IMG/VR virus record: IMGVR_UViG_3300025276_000001
Coordinates: 32,001-96,000 of that record
Length of the DNA: 64,000 bases
Strand: one strand, 5' to 3'
DNA from: a virus
Part shown: piece after piece, positions 36,409 to 47,577 of the stretch
How positions within the stretch are numbered: the first letter of the stretch is position 1
Layout: the number at the start of each line of letters is the position of its first letter
Translations under genes and position numbers: made by a program
Notes under the pieces: generated by a model
Told to the model about the DNA's origin: nothing
Seen by the model: the letters and a program-made list of their open reading frames with translations, nothing else
Databases searched by the model: none

Positions 36409-37478
36409 ACATTCTAACTGACATACTAAGTTTATTCAGACGTAAGAAATTTGTAAAAGCAGCACTTCCAAATGATGTTATAGTTTTAGGCCTTAATGAA
36501 GAGCCTGATATGACTGGTGTTGCATCACCTATACCTTATAAAAGTGTTAGGTTAATCAAAGTAAAAGATTTTAAAATTGCTGCTGAACACTGTGATCATG
36601 TTAATGTTCCAACAGTACCAGGTGCAAATACCGGTGCTGTATATCAAAAAACTGCAGTAGATAAAGAAACTGAAAAGTGTACGGTTAGTTTCCGTACATT
36701 AAAGTCATTAAGTACTAACCTTACTATTGGTCCATCATCAGACAATGATTATGTAGAGTTTACAACTACAGGAGAACCAAACACTGCTGCAAATGTAGGA
36801 TCAGGAAAAGGTGTTTGGAAAGATAAAGTTGGGGAGACTCTTAATTTTAAGTCATTAGTAGAAGGAAGTGGTATTACGATAGCTGAAAGTTTAAATGAAA
36901 TAACTATTACATCTACAGGTGGAGGCGGTATAACATCTGTAACAAATTCAATATCCGCTGGATCTACAACACCTCTAACTGGTTCTATAGCTGGAAGTGT
37001 ACTTACTTTAACGTCAAATGTGTATGGAGGTGGCACCAAAGTTGGGTATGTACCTTCCGGTTCAGCCGGAGAATCAAAGGTTTTCTTAGATGGAACAGGA
37101 ACTTGGAGAGAACCATCATATACAGTATTGCCTAGTGTAGCATATAATGAATATGCCGCATTAGTTTCACAAACAGGAACAGGTGATCCTACTTTAATAG
37201 TATTAGAATCAGGTATATCAGTAGGTGGTACAACAGTAGTTATAGCAGGTACATATACTAATGTAGGAACATGTACTTTTACATTTACCCCAAACATACC
37301 AGATGCAGATAAAGTTGTAATTGCTGTAACAGAAACACAGAAAAATGCTCCGTGTTTATTTAATGTCATTAATGTAACAACTTCTGGTTTTCAAATTATA
37401 CAACATTTTGGTTCTGAAGTTACACAATCAAATGGTTTGTTATTTAAGACACCATTACTAATAAAATTATATAATTAA
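36405..37478 (+). CDS. fibre-like structural protein
   Basis: T/G/S/V-rich; NVGSGKGVWKDKVGETLNFKSL fibre motif; C-terminal YAALVSQTGTGDPT...IKLYN domain; N-terminus shared with the 37488 and 39471 proteins. Confidence 0.7.
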   Translation: MNILTDILSLFRRKKFVKAALPNDVIVLGLNEEPDMTGVASPIPYKSVRLIKVKDFKIAAEHCDHVNVPTVPGANTGAVYQKTAVDKETEKCTVSFRTLKSLSTNLTIGPSSDNDYVEFTTTGEPNTAANVGSGKGVWKDKVGETLNFKSLVEGSGITIAESLNEITITSTGGGGITSVTNSISAGSTTPLTGSIAGSVLTLTSNVYGGGTKVGYVPSGSAGESKVFLDGTGTWREPSYTVLPSVAYNEYAALVSQTGTGDPTLIVLESGISVGGTTVVIAGTYTNVGTCTFTFTPNIPDADKVVIAVTETQKNAPCLFNVINVTTSGFQIIQHFGSEVTQSNGLLFKTPLLIKLYN

Positions 37479-37487
37479 AACAAAGTT

Positions 37488-38132
37488 ATGAGCAATATAT
37501 TACAAGACATGTTAGGAATGCTTACTAGGAAAAAAGTAGCAACTCCAAAGTCAGATGATTATTTAGTTGTTTCCAGGTATGCAGATCCACAACAAGTACT
37601 TAAACCTTTACCTAAGATCAATACAGAATTGATTACATTAAAGGCATTAAAAACATTTGTTAATGTAGGTGGAGCAGATGAATATGTTAATGCAGCAACT
37701 TTTGATGGAGCTACGGACTTATTAACTCTAACTAGAGTAGGAGGAACTGCTATTACAGTAGATATGGACCGTAAGGATACTAAAGAATTTGTAAACTTTA
37801 CTGCCTTAACTGTTGCAACTGGTGCTACTACAGTAATAAATACTAATTCACCAGGTCAATTATTTCTTGTTGCTAGAACAGGAGAAGATGGAACAGGAAC
37901 ACTTCAGTTACCCCCGGCAGCTGGAACAGAGAATTGGCAATACAGAAAAATAACTATTACAACTAATGGTTCAACTTCAGCAGCTAAACCAATTACACTT
38001 GATGCACAAGGATCTGAAACAATTAATGGTGGAGCTAATCTAGTGTTAGATAAGGTATATGCATCAGTAACAATTTGGTCTGATGGTACTAATTGGATTG
38101 TACTTTCATCATCTCAAGTAGCAGCTGTATAA
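37488..38132 (+). CDS. short fibre/decoration protein
   Basis: Shared N-terminal domain; C-terminal LQLPPA...TINGG...SDGTNW beta domain common in phage fibre proteins. Confidence 0.7.
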   Translation: MSNILQDMLGMLTRKKVATPKSDDYLVVSRYADPQQVLKPLPKINTELITLKALKTFVNVGGADEYVNAATFDGATDLLTLTRVGGTAITVDMDRKDTKEFVNFTALTVATGATTVINTNSPGQLFLVARTGEDGTGTLQLPPAAGTENWQYRKITITTNGSTSAAKPITLDAQGSETINGGANLVLDKVYASVTIWSDGTNWIVLSSSQVAAV

Positions 38133-38142
38133 ATAATATATT

Positions 38143-38544
38143 ATGAGCGGAATTTTAAGTAAAATATTTTCAGGAGGAGCAACTAAGTTAGTTGAAGGAA
38201 TAGGTGGTGTCTTAGATAACCTTATTACTTCTAAAGATGAAAAGTTAGCCGCTGAATTAAAGATAAAAGAACTAGTCTCAAAGTATGAGACAGACATGGA
38301 GAAAGAAATATCAGCACGTTGGAATGCAGATATGAATTCTGATAGTTGGTTAAGTAAAAATGTAAGACCTATTATATTAATATTCCTAGTAGTATCAACA
38401 GTACTATTAGTTTTTATTGATGCAGGAGTAATTGCATTTGATGTTAAAGCTTCTTGGGTAGATCTATTACAGTTAGTCTTAATTACTGTAATTGGTGCAT
38501 ACTTTGGTGGTAGGTCATTAGAAAAAAGAAATAAAAAACAATAA
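38143..38544 (+). CDS. holin (3TM/GTA-holin family)
   Basis: RWNADMNSDSWLSKNVRP, two TM helices, GAYFGGRSLEK basic tail. Confidence 0.8.
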   Translation: MSGILSKIFSGGATKLVEGIGGVLDNLITSKDEKLAAELKIKELVSKYETDMEKEISARWNADMNSDSWLSKNVRPIILIFLVVSTVLLVFIDAGVIAFDVKASWVDLLQLVLITVIGAYFGGRSLEKRNKKQ

Positions 38545-38575
38545 CAATAACAATAACAATTAAAATTTAGAAATT

Positions 38576-38845
38576 ATGCCAAATAATATGAAAAAAGCAG
38601 GAATTAAGTATGGAAACGGTGGTTCCAAAGCAATGAAAAAAAAGAACATGGGCGGTGGAGGATTCTCTTACGGAGATGGAGACATGCAAGAAGATCCAAG
38701 ACAAGCAAACATGAGAGCTATGGCTGCAGGTGGTGGCTTAAAAGGCTTTATGGCTGGAGGTAGTGTTGTGGATGGAATGATTGAAAAGAAAGCTTACGGT
38801 GGTAACGCTGGAGATATAAGTAGATCTGCTAGTACTGATTATTAA
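38576..38845 (+). CDS. small G/M/K-rich protein with five xxGG motifs
   Basis: YGNGG, KNMGG, MAAGG, FMAGG, KAYGG. Confidence 0.65.
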   Translation: MPNNMKKAGIKYGNGGSKAMKKKNMGGGGFSYGDGDMQEDPRQANMRAMAAGGGLKGFMAGGSVVDGMIEKKAYGGNAGDISRSASTDY

Positions 38846-38865
38846 TTTTAAAAAAGCAAGAAATC

Positions 38866-39108
38866 ATGGGTAAAGCATCAAAGAAAGCTTCATTTCCTTT
38901 ACAGGGTGAAGTATTCAAAAGGGAAACAACTAACGGTTATTATAACCCAACTACAATCCCGGCTAAAATACAAGCTAAGAAAAATGCAACAGCAACAGCA
39001 ACTAGAGAAAGGTTAGCTGCAGCAGGTTTTCAAGCTAAACAAATAACAACTAGAGCAACTGAACCAGAACAATCAGCTGCATTTAAAAACGGATACCGTA
39101 ATTCATAA
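38866..39108 (+). CDS. small basic hypothetical protein
   Basis: 80-aa ORF in a tightly packed operon. Confidence 0.6.
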   Translation: MGKASKKASFPLQGEVFKRETTNGYYNPTTIPAKIQAKKNATATATRERLAAAGFQAKQITTRATEPEQSAAFKNGYRNS

Positions 39109-39113
39109 ATAAA

Positions 39114-39458
39114 ATGGCTCAATTAACTGCTCAAAAAATAGTACAAGCTGGCCTTAAGCCTGCTTATGCTGCTGCTACTGCAGCTGGTGATACACTGATT
39201 AATACTGGTATACAATTTTTTCATGTTAAGAATGGAAGCGGGGTATCAGTAACTGCATCAGTAACACCTGTAGTTACAACTTACTTAGATGTTGACTTAG
39301 GTCTCTTAGTAAAAGAAACTGCAAAATTAGTACTAGCAGCAGGAACAAGTGGATTTTTAGGTCCATTTGAAGTTGATGCTTTTAATAGCCCTACGGGAAC
39401 AATAGAACTTGAATATACTGCGGCAACAACTGTTACAGTAGCAGCATTATATATATAA
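39114..39458 (+). CDS. small beta-rich structural protein
   Basis: 114 aa, A/T/V-rich; FFHVKNGSG...GFLGPF pattern resembles phage virion accessory proteins. Confidence 0.55.
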   Translation: MAQLTAQKIVQAGLKPAYAAATAAGDTLINTGIQFFHVKNGSGVSVTASVTPVVTTYLDVDLGLLVKETAKLVLAAGTSGFLGPFEVDAFNSPTGTIELEYTAATTVTVAALYI

Positions 39459-39470
39459 AAACAAAAAATT

Positions 39471-41984
39471 ATGAGTGTATTTATACAAGAGGTTTTAGGT
39501 CTCTTAACAAACGGAAAAAGAAAAGATAGTCTTAAACTTAAATCTGATTATATTGAATTAGGTAGGTTAAAGGATAGTTCTTTGAATACTGGATCAAGTT
39601 ATAGTCCAAAAATGGATCCTTATGTTATGAGGCTTGATGATTTTGTAGCGGCTTTGCCGGGTGGTACAGATACAACTTATTTATTACAAAGTGCACAATC
39701 TGGAGACAACGTTGCTATTACACTTAATGCATCAGCAGGAACAGATTCTGTACTTACACTTAGACCTGGAACAAATGTTACATTATCAGATAATGGTTCA
39801 GGTCAAATTACTATAAACTCTACTGCAGGCGGAGCAGGGACTGTAACAAGCGTTGGTCTTGTAGTGCCTACTGGTTTTACAGTAATTAATTCTCCAATCA
39901 CAGCTTCAGGAGTTATGACAATTGAAGGAGCTGGTACAGTAGCACAATATATAGATGGTACTGGTGGACTGACTACGTTTCCAACTATTCCTGCAGTTCC
40001 TTTTACTAGTTTAACTACTAATGGATCAGGAGCAGCTACTTTAGCATCAGGAGTATTAAATGTACCTACACCAGATTTAATTACAGGTTCTGGAAGTGCT
40101 AAGCAAATGGCTATGTGGACTGCAACTAAAGAATTATCAGATGCAGCTCCTGTAGCAATGATACAAAATGGAGCTCCAGGTGCAACAGCAGTTTTAACTA
40201 TTGGTACTGATGATACAGAAACAGTAATAGTTGAATCAACAATTAGTCTTCAAGGAGGAGTAAAAGATGAAGTAAGTAGTTTAGGGACATCTGGTATGGT
40301 TCTTACAAGTACAGGTTCAAAGGCTAGATGGCAAACTATACCTGCAGCGGGTGTAACATCTATAGTAGCAGGAACAAATGTAACAATATCTCCAGTAGCA
40401 GGAACAGGTGCTGTAACTATAAATGCTACAGCAAGTGGAAGCGGAACAGTTACTACAGTAAGTTCAACAACCGCAGGAGATGCTTTAGATGTAGCTGTTA
40501 CAAATGCATCAACCACTCCAGCTTTAGCTTTTACATTTGCAGGAGCAACAACAGAGTATATTAACGGTGAAGGTAATTTAATTACTTTCCCGGCAAGTTC
40601 TGCAGGAACTGTTACAAGTGTAGCATCATTAACATTAGGTACATCAGGAACTGATTTAACTAGTACAGTAGCAAACGGAACCACTGCTGCGGTTATTACA
40701 TTAAATGTACCAACAGCATCAGCAACAAACCGTGGTGCACTATCAGCAGCGGATTGGACAACTTTTAATAGTAAAGGAAATGGAACTGTAACTACAGTAT
40801 CATCTAGTTTTGCAGGAACAGCATTCACATCAACCGTTACTAATGCTTCAACTGCTCCGGCAATTGCAATCACTGCAAACGGAGCAAATACTGATTATGT
40901 AAATGGAGCAGGTGATTTTATAGCTTTAAGTACATTGCCTGCTACTAATGCATCAGGAGCAGACACACAAGTACAATACAATAATAGTGGAGCTTTTGGA
41001 GCAGGATCATTCTTTACTACAAACAAAACAAGTAAAGTAGATATTATATATGAATTAGGTTTAGTAGGTGATGGAACAAATCAAGGTTTATTAAAACTTT
41101 ATTGTGAAGCAGGAACTCCACACTATGTAGGACTTAAAGGGCCTTTACATTCAGGTGGTAGTAGTTATACATTACAACTACCTAATACTTTACCTAACGT
41201 AGCTAATCAAATACTAGAATCAAATGCTGCAGGTACTTTATCTTGGGTAAATACACCAGTTGGTAGTGTAACAAGTGTTGGATTAACAATGCCAGCAGCT
41301 TTTGCAGTTGCAAGTTCACCAATAACTTCAAGTGGAACAATAACAGTATCAGGAGCAGGAGCAACAACACAATATATAGACGGAACAGGAGCGTTACAAA
41401 CATTCCCTACAATTCCAGCAGCTTATACTGGTTGGAATTTAACTGGAGATTTAGGTAGTGCACAAACAATTACAACAGGTAATACTGCATTAATAGCAGG
41501 GGGTGTTGGTTTAACATCAACAGCATCTGCAACAGATACATTAACTATTAATTTAGATAACACAGCAGTAACTCCTGGGACTTATGAAAATCCTAGTATT
41601 GTTGTTGATGCACAAGGTAGAATTACATCAGCAGCAAGTGGAACAGGAGTAGTATACTTATCTTATGTTGCTACATGGACTGATCTTAAAGGAACCGGTA
41701 TTGTTGTAACTGAAATGTCTAATGATACAGGATTAACTTTTGCATGGGCCAATGATAGTGCAGGTGGATATACTATAACTCCAAGTGCAGTTTTAGGAGG
41801 TTATAAAAGTGCTTGGGTAATGGTTAACGGTAGTGGTGGAACTAGAGAAAATAGATCAGAAGTTTTCTTTGTAGAAGTTGTTGGTGGTAAAGTTAGTCTT
41901 GAAAATGTAAGACAAGACTTTATAAGATCAAACGTCTCAGTTAATGCTGGTAATATTGAAATAAGATATTATAAAGCAGAATAA
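39471..41984 (+). CDS. tail fibre protein with GTVTSV repeats
   Basis: 837 aa, T/G/A/S-rich; repeated GTVT(S/T)V...Y(I/V)(D/N)G units; VDAQGRITSA motif; IEIRYY end. Confidence 0.8.
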   Translation: MSVFIQEVLGLLTNGKRKDSLKLKSDYIELGRLKDSSLNTGSSYSPKMDPYVMRLDDFVAALPGGTDTTYLLQSAQSGDNVAITLNASAGTDSVLTLRPGTNVTLSDNGSGQITINSTAGGAGTVTSVGLVVPTGFTVINSPITASGVMTIEGAGTVAQYIDGTGGLTTFPTIPAVPFTSLTTNGSGAATLASGVLNVPTPDLITGSGSAKQMAMWTATKELSDAAPVAMIQNGAPGATAVLTIGTDDTETVIVESTISLQGGVKDEVSSLGTSGMVLTSTGSKARWQTIPAAGVTSIVAGTNVTISPVAGTGAVTINATASGSGTVTTVSSTTAGDALDVAVTNASTTPALAFTFAGATTEYINGEGNLITFPASSAGTVTSVASLTLGTSGTDLTSTVANGTTAAVITLNVPTASATNRGALSAADWTTFNSKGNGTVTTVSSSFAGTAFTSTVTNASTAPAIAITANGANTDYVNGAGDFIALSTLPATNASGADTQVQYNNSGAFGAGSFFTTNKTSKVDIIYELGLVGDGTNQGLLKLYCEAGTPHYVGLKGPLHSGGSSYTLQLPNTLPNVANQILESNAAGTLSWVNTPVGSVTSVGLTMPAAFAVASSPITSSGTITVSGAGATTQYIDGTGALQTFPTIPAAYTGWNLTGDLGSAQTITTGNTALIAGGVGLTSTASATDTLTINLDNTAVTPGTYENPSIVVDAQGRITSAASGTGVVYLSYVATWTDLKGTGIVVTEMSNDTGLTFAWANDSAGGYTITPSAVLGGYKSAWVMVNGSGGTRENRSEVFFVEVVGGKVSLENVRQDFIRSNVSVNAGNIEIRYYKAE

Positions 41985-41991
41985 TATAAGA

Positions 41992-42026
41992 AAGTGTCCA
42001 GTTGATGGTTGATTAACTGGACACTT
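41992..42026. terminator. bidirectional terminator between convergent operons
   Basis: Perfect 12-bp inverted repeat AAGTGTCCAGTT...AACTGGACACTT between stops at 41984 and 42034. Confidence 0.8.
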
Positions 42027-42033
42027 AAACTTA

Positions 42034-42378
42034 TTATTTACCCCATTTATTACGGTTAACTAACATAGCTATAATACTATAGTTAGCAAGATCAATCCAA
42101 GAATCTTCTAAAGACTCATTGTAACCTTTCTTTTTATTCCAAAGTAAGTTTTGTATACGTGATATCTTATCATTCATACGAAACCATAAGCCTTGATGGC
42201 TAAACATCTTGTTACTATCTATTGATAGATCTCTACCTATAGCAATGTTATTAGGACCATAGTCCATTTGTTTGCTACAGAATAACTCAAGTTGTTCCTT
42301 TTGTATAGATTTAAATGCTTCTACTGTTTCAGGATACAATTGACTGCACGCTGATACTACTAATTGTTTTTTTTCCAT
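42034..42378 (-). CDS. nucleotide modification associated domain 1 (DUF1599) protein
   Basis: KQMDYG, RMNDKISRIQNL, ESLEDSWIDLANY; start moved to MEKKQ to avoid overlap with groEL. Confidence 0.8.
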   Translation of the reverse strand: MEKKQLVVSACSQLYPETVEAFKSIQKEQLELFCSKQMDYGPNNIAIGRDLSIDSNKMFSHQGLWFRMNDKISRIQNLLWNKKKGYNESLEDSWIDLANYSIIAMLVNRNKWGK

Positions 42379-42415
42379 TTTTTTGAAGGCCAAATTACTA
42401 CTATATTTCCACCCA

Positions 42416-44065
<1,650 letters not shown>

Positions 44066-44087
44066 TTAAATGTTATGTAAAATAATC

Positions 44088-44169
44088 AAAAGGGAAGGAC
44101 AATAATAAATTAAATAAGTGCTCTTATACACTCTTTAGTTTTATTTGGGAAAATCCCCCCTCCCCTTTT
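44088..44169 (-). ncRNA. candidate structured RNA element upstream of groEL
   Basis: 12-bp outer stem AAAAGGGGAGGG/TCCTTCCCTTTT enclosing GGGA-TTT-TCCC and AAATA..GAGTGT-ATAAGA-GCACTTATTT hairpins. Confidence 0.45.
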
Positions 44170-44175
44170 AATTAG

Positions 44176-44256
44176 TTAAAATGGTTCATCAGACTTATTT
44201 GTTACTATATAAGCACCTATTAGTATGATTAGTAAAGCTACCATTATGTTTACCAT
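44176..44256 (-). CDS. 26-aa single-TM microprotein (not in ORF track)
   Basis: MVNIMVALLIILIGAYIVTNKSDEPF; ATG directly abuts the upstream TAG. Confidence 0.5.
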   Translation of the reverse strand: MVNIMVALLIILIGAYIVTNKSDEPF

Positions 44257-45165
44257 CTAGTTACTGTATGTATCAAATGCAAGTTGACCTTCTGTAATTT
44301 CTTGGTCTATTTCTATTGCCACTCCTTCTAATACATCATGTTCAATGTCTTTATGATCAAACTCCGGGTCCATTGTAATTGCAAAGTCATTTATGTTTAC
44401 TTCACTAAAACTCTTTGGTCCTGCAGTAACAACCTGCGTCATCATAAAATCATGAAAGTCTTGACTATCCTGCATCCAGTCTCTTGGAGGAGATACTTTT
44501 AATGAATGAGTAACATGATTGTAAAACGCCCATGCATTATCATCATTACATCCATAGTCAAATGAAGCCTTCTTCATCTCTTTCTTAATAGTAGATACTT
44601 GTGTTGGTGTAATTATCTCATCATCAGCAAACAATCTTCCTAATAACTCAGACTGTTGAAGGTTTGATAAGGTAATACCTCTCAATGCATCTCTATCATT
44701 TAAGATACGTGTGTAATGCTTTTCACCATTTTTAATTTGATTACTTAATTGCATTACAATATCATGGCCTGCTGATCCGGTGTGCTTTCTTTTGAAGTTC
44801 ATCATATCTCCACACATCATACCATTACTACATACCATTACATATGCACCAATTGCACATTGAAATCTTGTACTCTTGTCATAAGAGTTTGTCCAGGCAA
44901 ACATCATTCCTAATTCAGTCTCATTGTTGATTTGATCATCAGTTGACTGTGTAGGGTAAATATGATATATGCCCTGTGCTACTTGGGCATTCATGTTTGC
45001 TCTATATACTTCTTTACGGATAGTGAAACCACTATCCTCCAATAAATTTTTTGTGTTCTCTATCACGTCTTTATGTGATACCACTGTATAGCTCTTACCA
45101 TGGTTAGGTAAGGGTTGGTTTTCTAAAAATACTTGTGTTGTTTCTGTTGCTCTTTTGTAGCGCAT
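44257..45165 (-). CDS. DUF932/DUF945-like phage protein
   Basis: SYTVVSH, NSYDKS, VCSNGM, RKHTG and NAWAFYNHVT motifs. Confidence 0.75.
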   Translation of the reverse strand: MRYKRATETTQVFLENQPLPNHGKSYTVVSHKDVIENTKNLLEDSGFTIRKEVYRANMNAQVAQGIYHIYPTQSTDDQINNETELGMMFAWTNSYDKSTRFQCAIGAYVMVCSNGMMCGDMMNFKRKHTGSAGHDIVMQLSNQIKNGEKHYTRILNDRDALRGITLSNLQQSELLGRLFADDEIITPTQVSTIKKEMKKASFDYGCNDDNAWAFYNHVTHSLKVSPPRDWMQDSQDFHDFMMTQVVTAGPKSFSEVNINDFAITMDPEFDHKDIEHDVLEGVAIEIDQEITEGQLAFDTYSN

Positions 45166-45184
45166 AGTTTAAACTTTAATAGTG

Positions 45185-45200
45185 TAAAGATAATAAATTT
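45185..45200 (-). promoter_or_regulatory. variant host-type promoter AAATTTATTATCTTTA
   Basis: Aligns with AAATTTGCTATATTTG; 19 nt upstream of ATG 45165. Confidence 0.4.
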
Positions 45201-45218
45201 AAATGGTTTACACAAAGA

Positions 45219-45530
45219 TTATCTATCTTTAACAAACGTACCATTTATCATTCTACCGGTTCTTTTGCTTATAACATTATAAGCTGCTGTCAAACATGAT
45301 TCTAGAGAAACATTTTGCATTTTAGCTTGGATAATTAACGTTACCATTATATCACCCATAGCATCTACAATCTCATCTCTATCTTCATTATTGATAGCTG
45401 CACATAACTCTGTGCATTCTTCCATAGTCTTCAAAGCTTGCGCCATTGGGCTAGCTTTAGACATTATACCTTTTTCATGTGCCCATTCTTCAACAGCACA
45501 TTCTAACTCATAATAATCCTTTGTCTTCAT
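45219..45530 (-). CDS. MazG-like NTP pyrophosphohydrolase
   Basis: KTMEECTEL...EIVDAMGDIMVTL, AYNVISKRTG. Confidence 0.85.
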   Translation of the reverse strand: MKTKDYYELECAVEEWAHEKGIMSKASPMAQALKTMEECTELCAAINNEDRDEIVDAMGDIMVTLIIQAKMQNVSLESCLTAAYNVISKRTGRMINGTFVKDR

Positions 45531-45531
45531 T

Positions 45532-47523
45532 TTAAAATAATTTTAATTGGTTTGATGATACATTTATAATACCATTTATCTCTTCTTCTATGGCTTCCAG
45601 ATAATACTTTTTATCAATGTTATAGTCTTCCCACTTAGGTTTGATTTTCATATCATTAAACACTACCTGTAACCATCTACCGGCTTCAAGTTGTATTTCT
45701 CTTTTATCTAACTTATGAACTTTAACCATCTTTACTCCTGATTTAGATATATAATATCTATTGATCTTTTGTAAATCATCTTCTGCAAAAATACCATTTT
45801 TAATCTGCCTTGCAACTTGTTTCCATTCTCCTTTAGATTTACCACCTATACAATAATCCAATATGTTTTTATTTGTATCAAGATATTCCTGCGGGAGTAT
45901 ATTATGTACAAAGTATTGGTAGATTGCCTTTGGTATAACTAATTTAGATTTGTTTTTATGCAATTGTAGATCATGAAAATCAAATCTACCTTTTAACTTT
46001 ACTGGAGCAAAACTAAACTTATCACCTTCTACTTTAAATAGATAGTGAGGATTAGCTTCTTTAATTTCTCTCCATTTTGTAATGTCTACGTTTACATATT
46101 TGTTTATACCTATGTAATTATTGACATCACCTAAAATTAACTTTTGATATTCATCATGTTCTAAGTTCAGATTGGTAGTTACTTGCCATTCTTCACATAT
46201 CTTCATGTACTCATCATAATAAGCTTTAGGAATCACAGTCTCTACACCGTCAGTGTTTTGCAATAAAGCAATTGCACCTGGTATTCTTTCCATAATTTGT
46301 TCATAAAGCATCATTAGAGTAAGTTGACCATTGATAGTGATCTTCATACATAACTCTGGATCATAAAAGAAGCTGTTCTCATCATTACTAAGGCCAAAAG
46401 TTGAATTAAGTATAATCTTATATACATAGTTCATTGGATTGCTCTTAGGTATCTTCTTACGCTCTTCAAAGAACCATTCATATTGGTTACAGAATTCTTC
46501 TTTAGGGAAGTGTCCTGGTGACCACTTGTTCTTTATAGCAAGATTAGGATAAAAACTAGTAACATCTGATGACATAATCATCATATCTTCTTCCGGTTCA
46601 TACACTCCTTTACTAGCAGCACCATGTACACCACCTAAACCAAAATGTGTCTTTACATTTTTATAGTCAATGTGATATTTGAAGCTGCCTTTTAAAGCAA
46701 GCGCATTAACTTCTAAAGCTTTAAACCTGTCAAGTAACACGTTAAACTCAGGAGATGTAAACTTAATATAAGGAAGTATAATATCCTTCACTTTAATAGT
46801 GTCCCTATAAGTTCTCATTTGTTTGAGATCTCTTTTAGGTATATTCAGTTTCTTAGTAAGGAAGTAACCAAATACTTCTTTACTTATCCTTGGTTCTGAT
46901 GCACTAAACAAGTTAACACCATACTCTTTAGTAAGTTCTTTTCTTAATTTTATCTGTGATTTAGATCTGTTGTAGATTTCCTTTGTTGACTTAACATCAT
47001 TAACGCAGTATTCTAGTATAATATCTATTTCTGATTGTTTATCTATTAATGTCTCATGATGAATTGGCATATCAATAATGTTTTGCCAATCCATACTATA
47101 CTGTATCCACTTTAAGCTAGAACGCTTAGCAGGATTATCCCAGTGATGCATTTTAAATACATCTATTTGACCCATTTTCATTTTCCACTGAGGATAATCA
47201 CTAAATTCTTTCTTATTTGACTTTGTGATACATCTTTGAGCATATGTATAGATAATAGCTGCTATTTCACAGCCACTTAGATTCTTCCATAAAAAATGGT
47301 TATCTAATATATAATGAGTGACCTGCGCATCAAATGCTAATCCGTTGTAGGATATATGCCACTCTTTGTTTTTTATGTTATCTTCTAAGAAATTAATAAA
47401 CCTTGGTAAATCATTTTGCAGGTCATGAATTACAAAAATCTCAGTCTCCTGAGTGTTGTAATGTTCAAATACTCCTGTAAAACAATTAGCCAATGTCTCA
47501 TAATCCATTACCCAATGTCTCAT
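45532..47523 (-). CDS. family B DNA polymerase (crAss-like)
   Basis: Exonuclease DYET and YNGLAFD; polymerase SDVTSFYPN, KIILNSTFG, NTDG. Confidence 0.92.
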   Translation of the reverse strand: MRHWVMDYETLANCFTGVFEHYNTQETEIFVIHDLQNDLPRFINFLEDNIKNKEWHISYNGLAFDAQVTHYILDNHFLWKNLSGCEIAAIIYTYAQRCITKSNKKEFSDYPQWKMKMGQIDVFKMHHWDNPAKRSSLKWIQYSMDWQNIIDMPIHHETLIDKQSEIDIILEYCVNDVKSTKEIYNRSKSQIKLRKELTKEYGVNLFSASEPRISKEVFGYFLTKKLNIPKRDLKQMRTYRDTIKVKDIILPYIKFTSPEFNVLLDRFKALEVNALALKGSFKYHIDYKNVKTHFGLGGVHGAASKGVYEPEEDMMIMSSDVTSFYPNLAIKNKWSPGHFPKEEFCNQYEWFFEERKKIPKSNPMNYVYKIILNSTFGLSNDENSFFYDPELCMKITINGQLTLMMLYEQIMERIPGAIALLQNTDGVETVIPKAYYDEYMKICEEWQVTTNLNLEHDEYQKLILGDVNNYIGINKYVNVDITKWREIKEANPHYLFKVEGDKFSFAPVKLKGRFDFHDLQLHKNKSKLVIPKAIYQYFVHNILPQEYLDTNKNILDYCIGGKSKGEWKQVARQIKNGIFAEDDLQKINRYYISKSGVKMVKVHKLDKREIQLEAGRWLQVVFNDMKIKPKWEDYNIDKKYYLEAIEEEINGIINVSSNQLKLF

Positions 47524-47544
47524 ATAGTTTTATGTTTTAGAGCC

Positions 47545-47577
47545 AAAAAAAACCTCCGTCAAGAGGCTTTCTTTTTT
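47545..47577 (-). terminator. intrinsic terminator
   Basis: Minus strand AAAGCCTC-TTGACG-GAGGTTTTTTTT; T-tracts on both strands. Confidence 0.7.
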
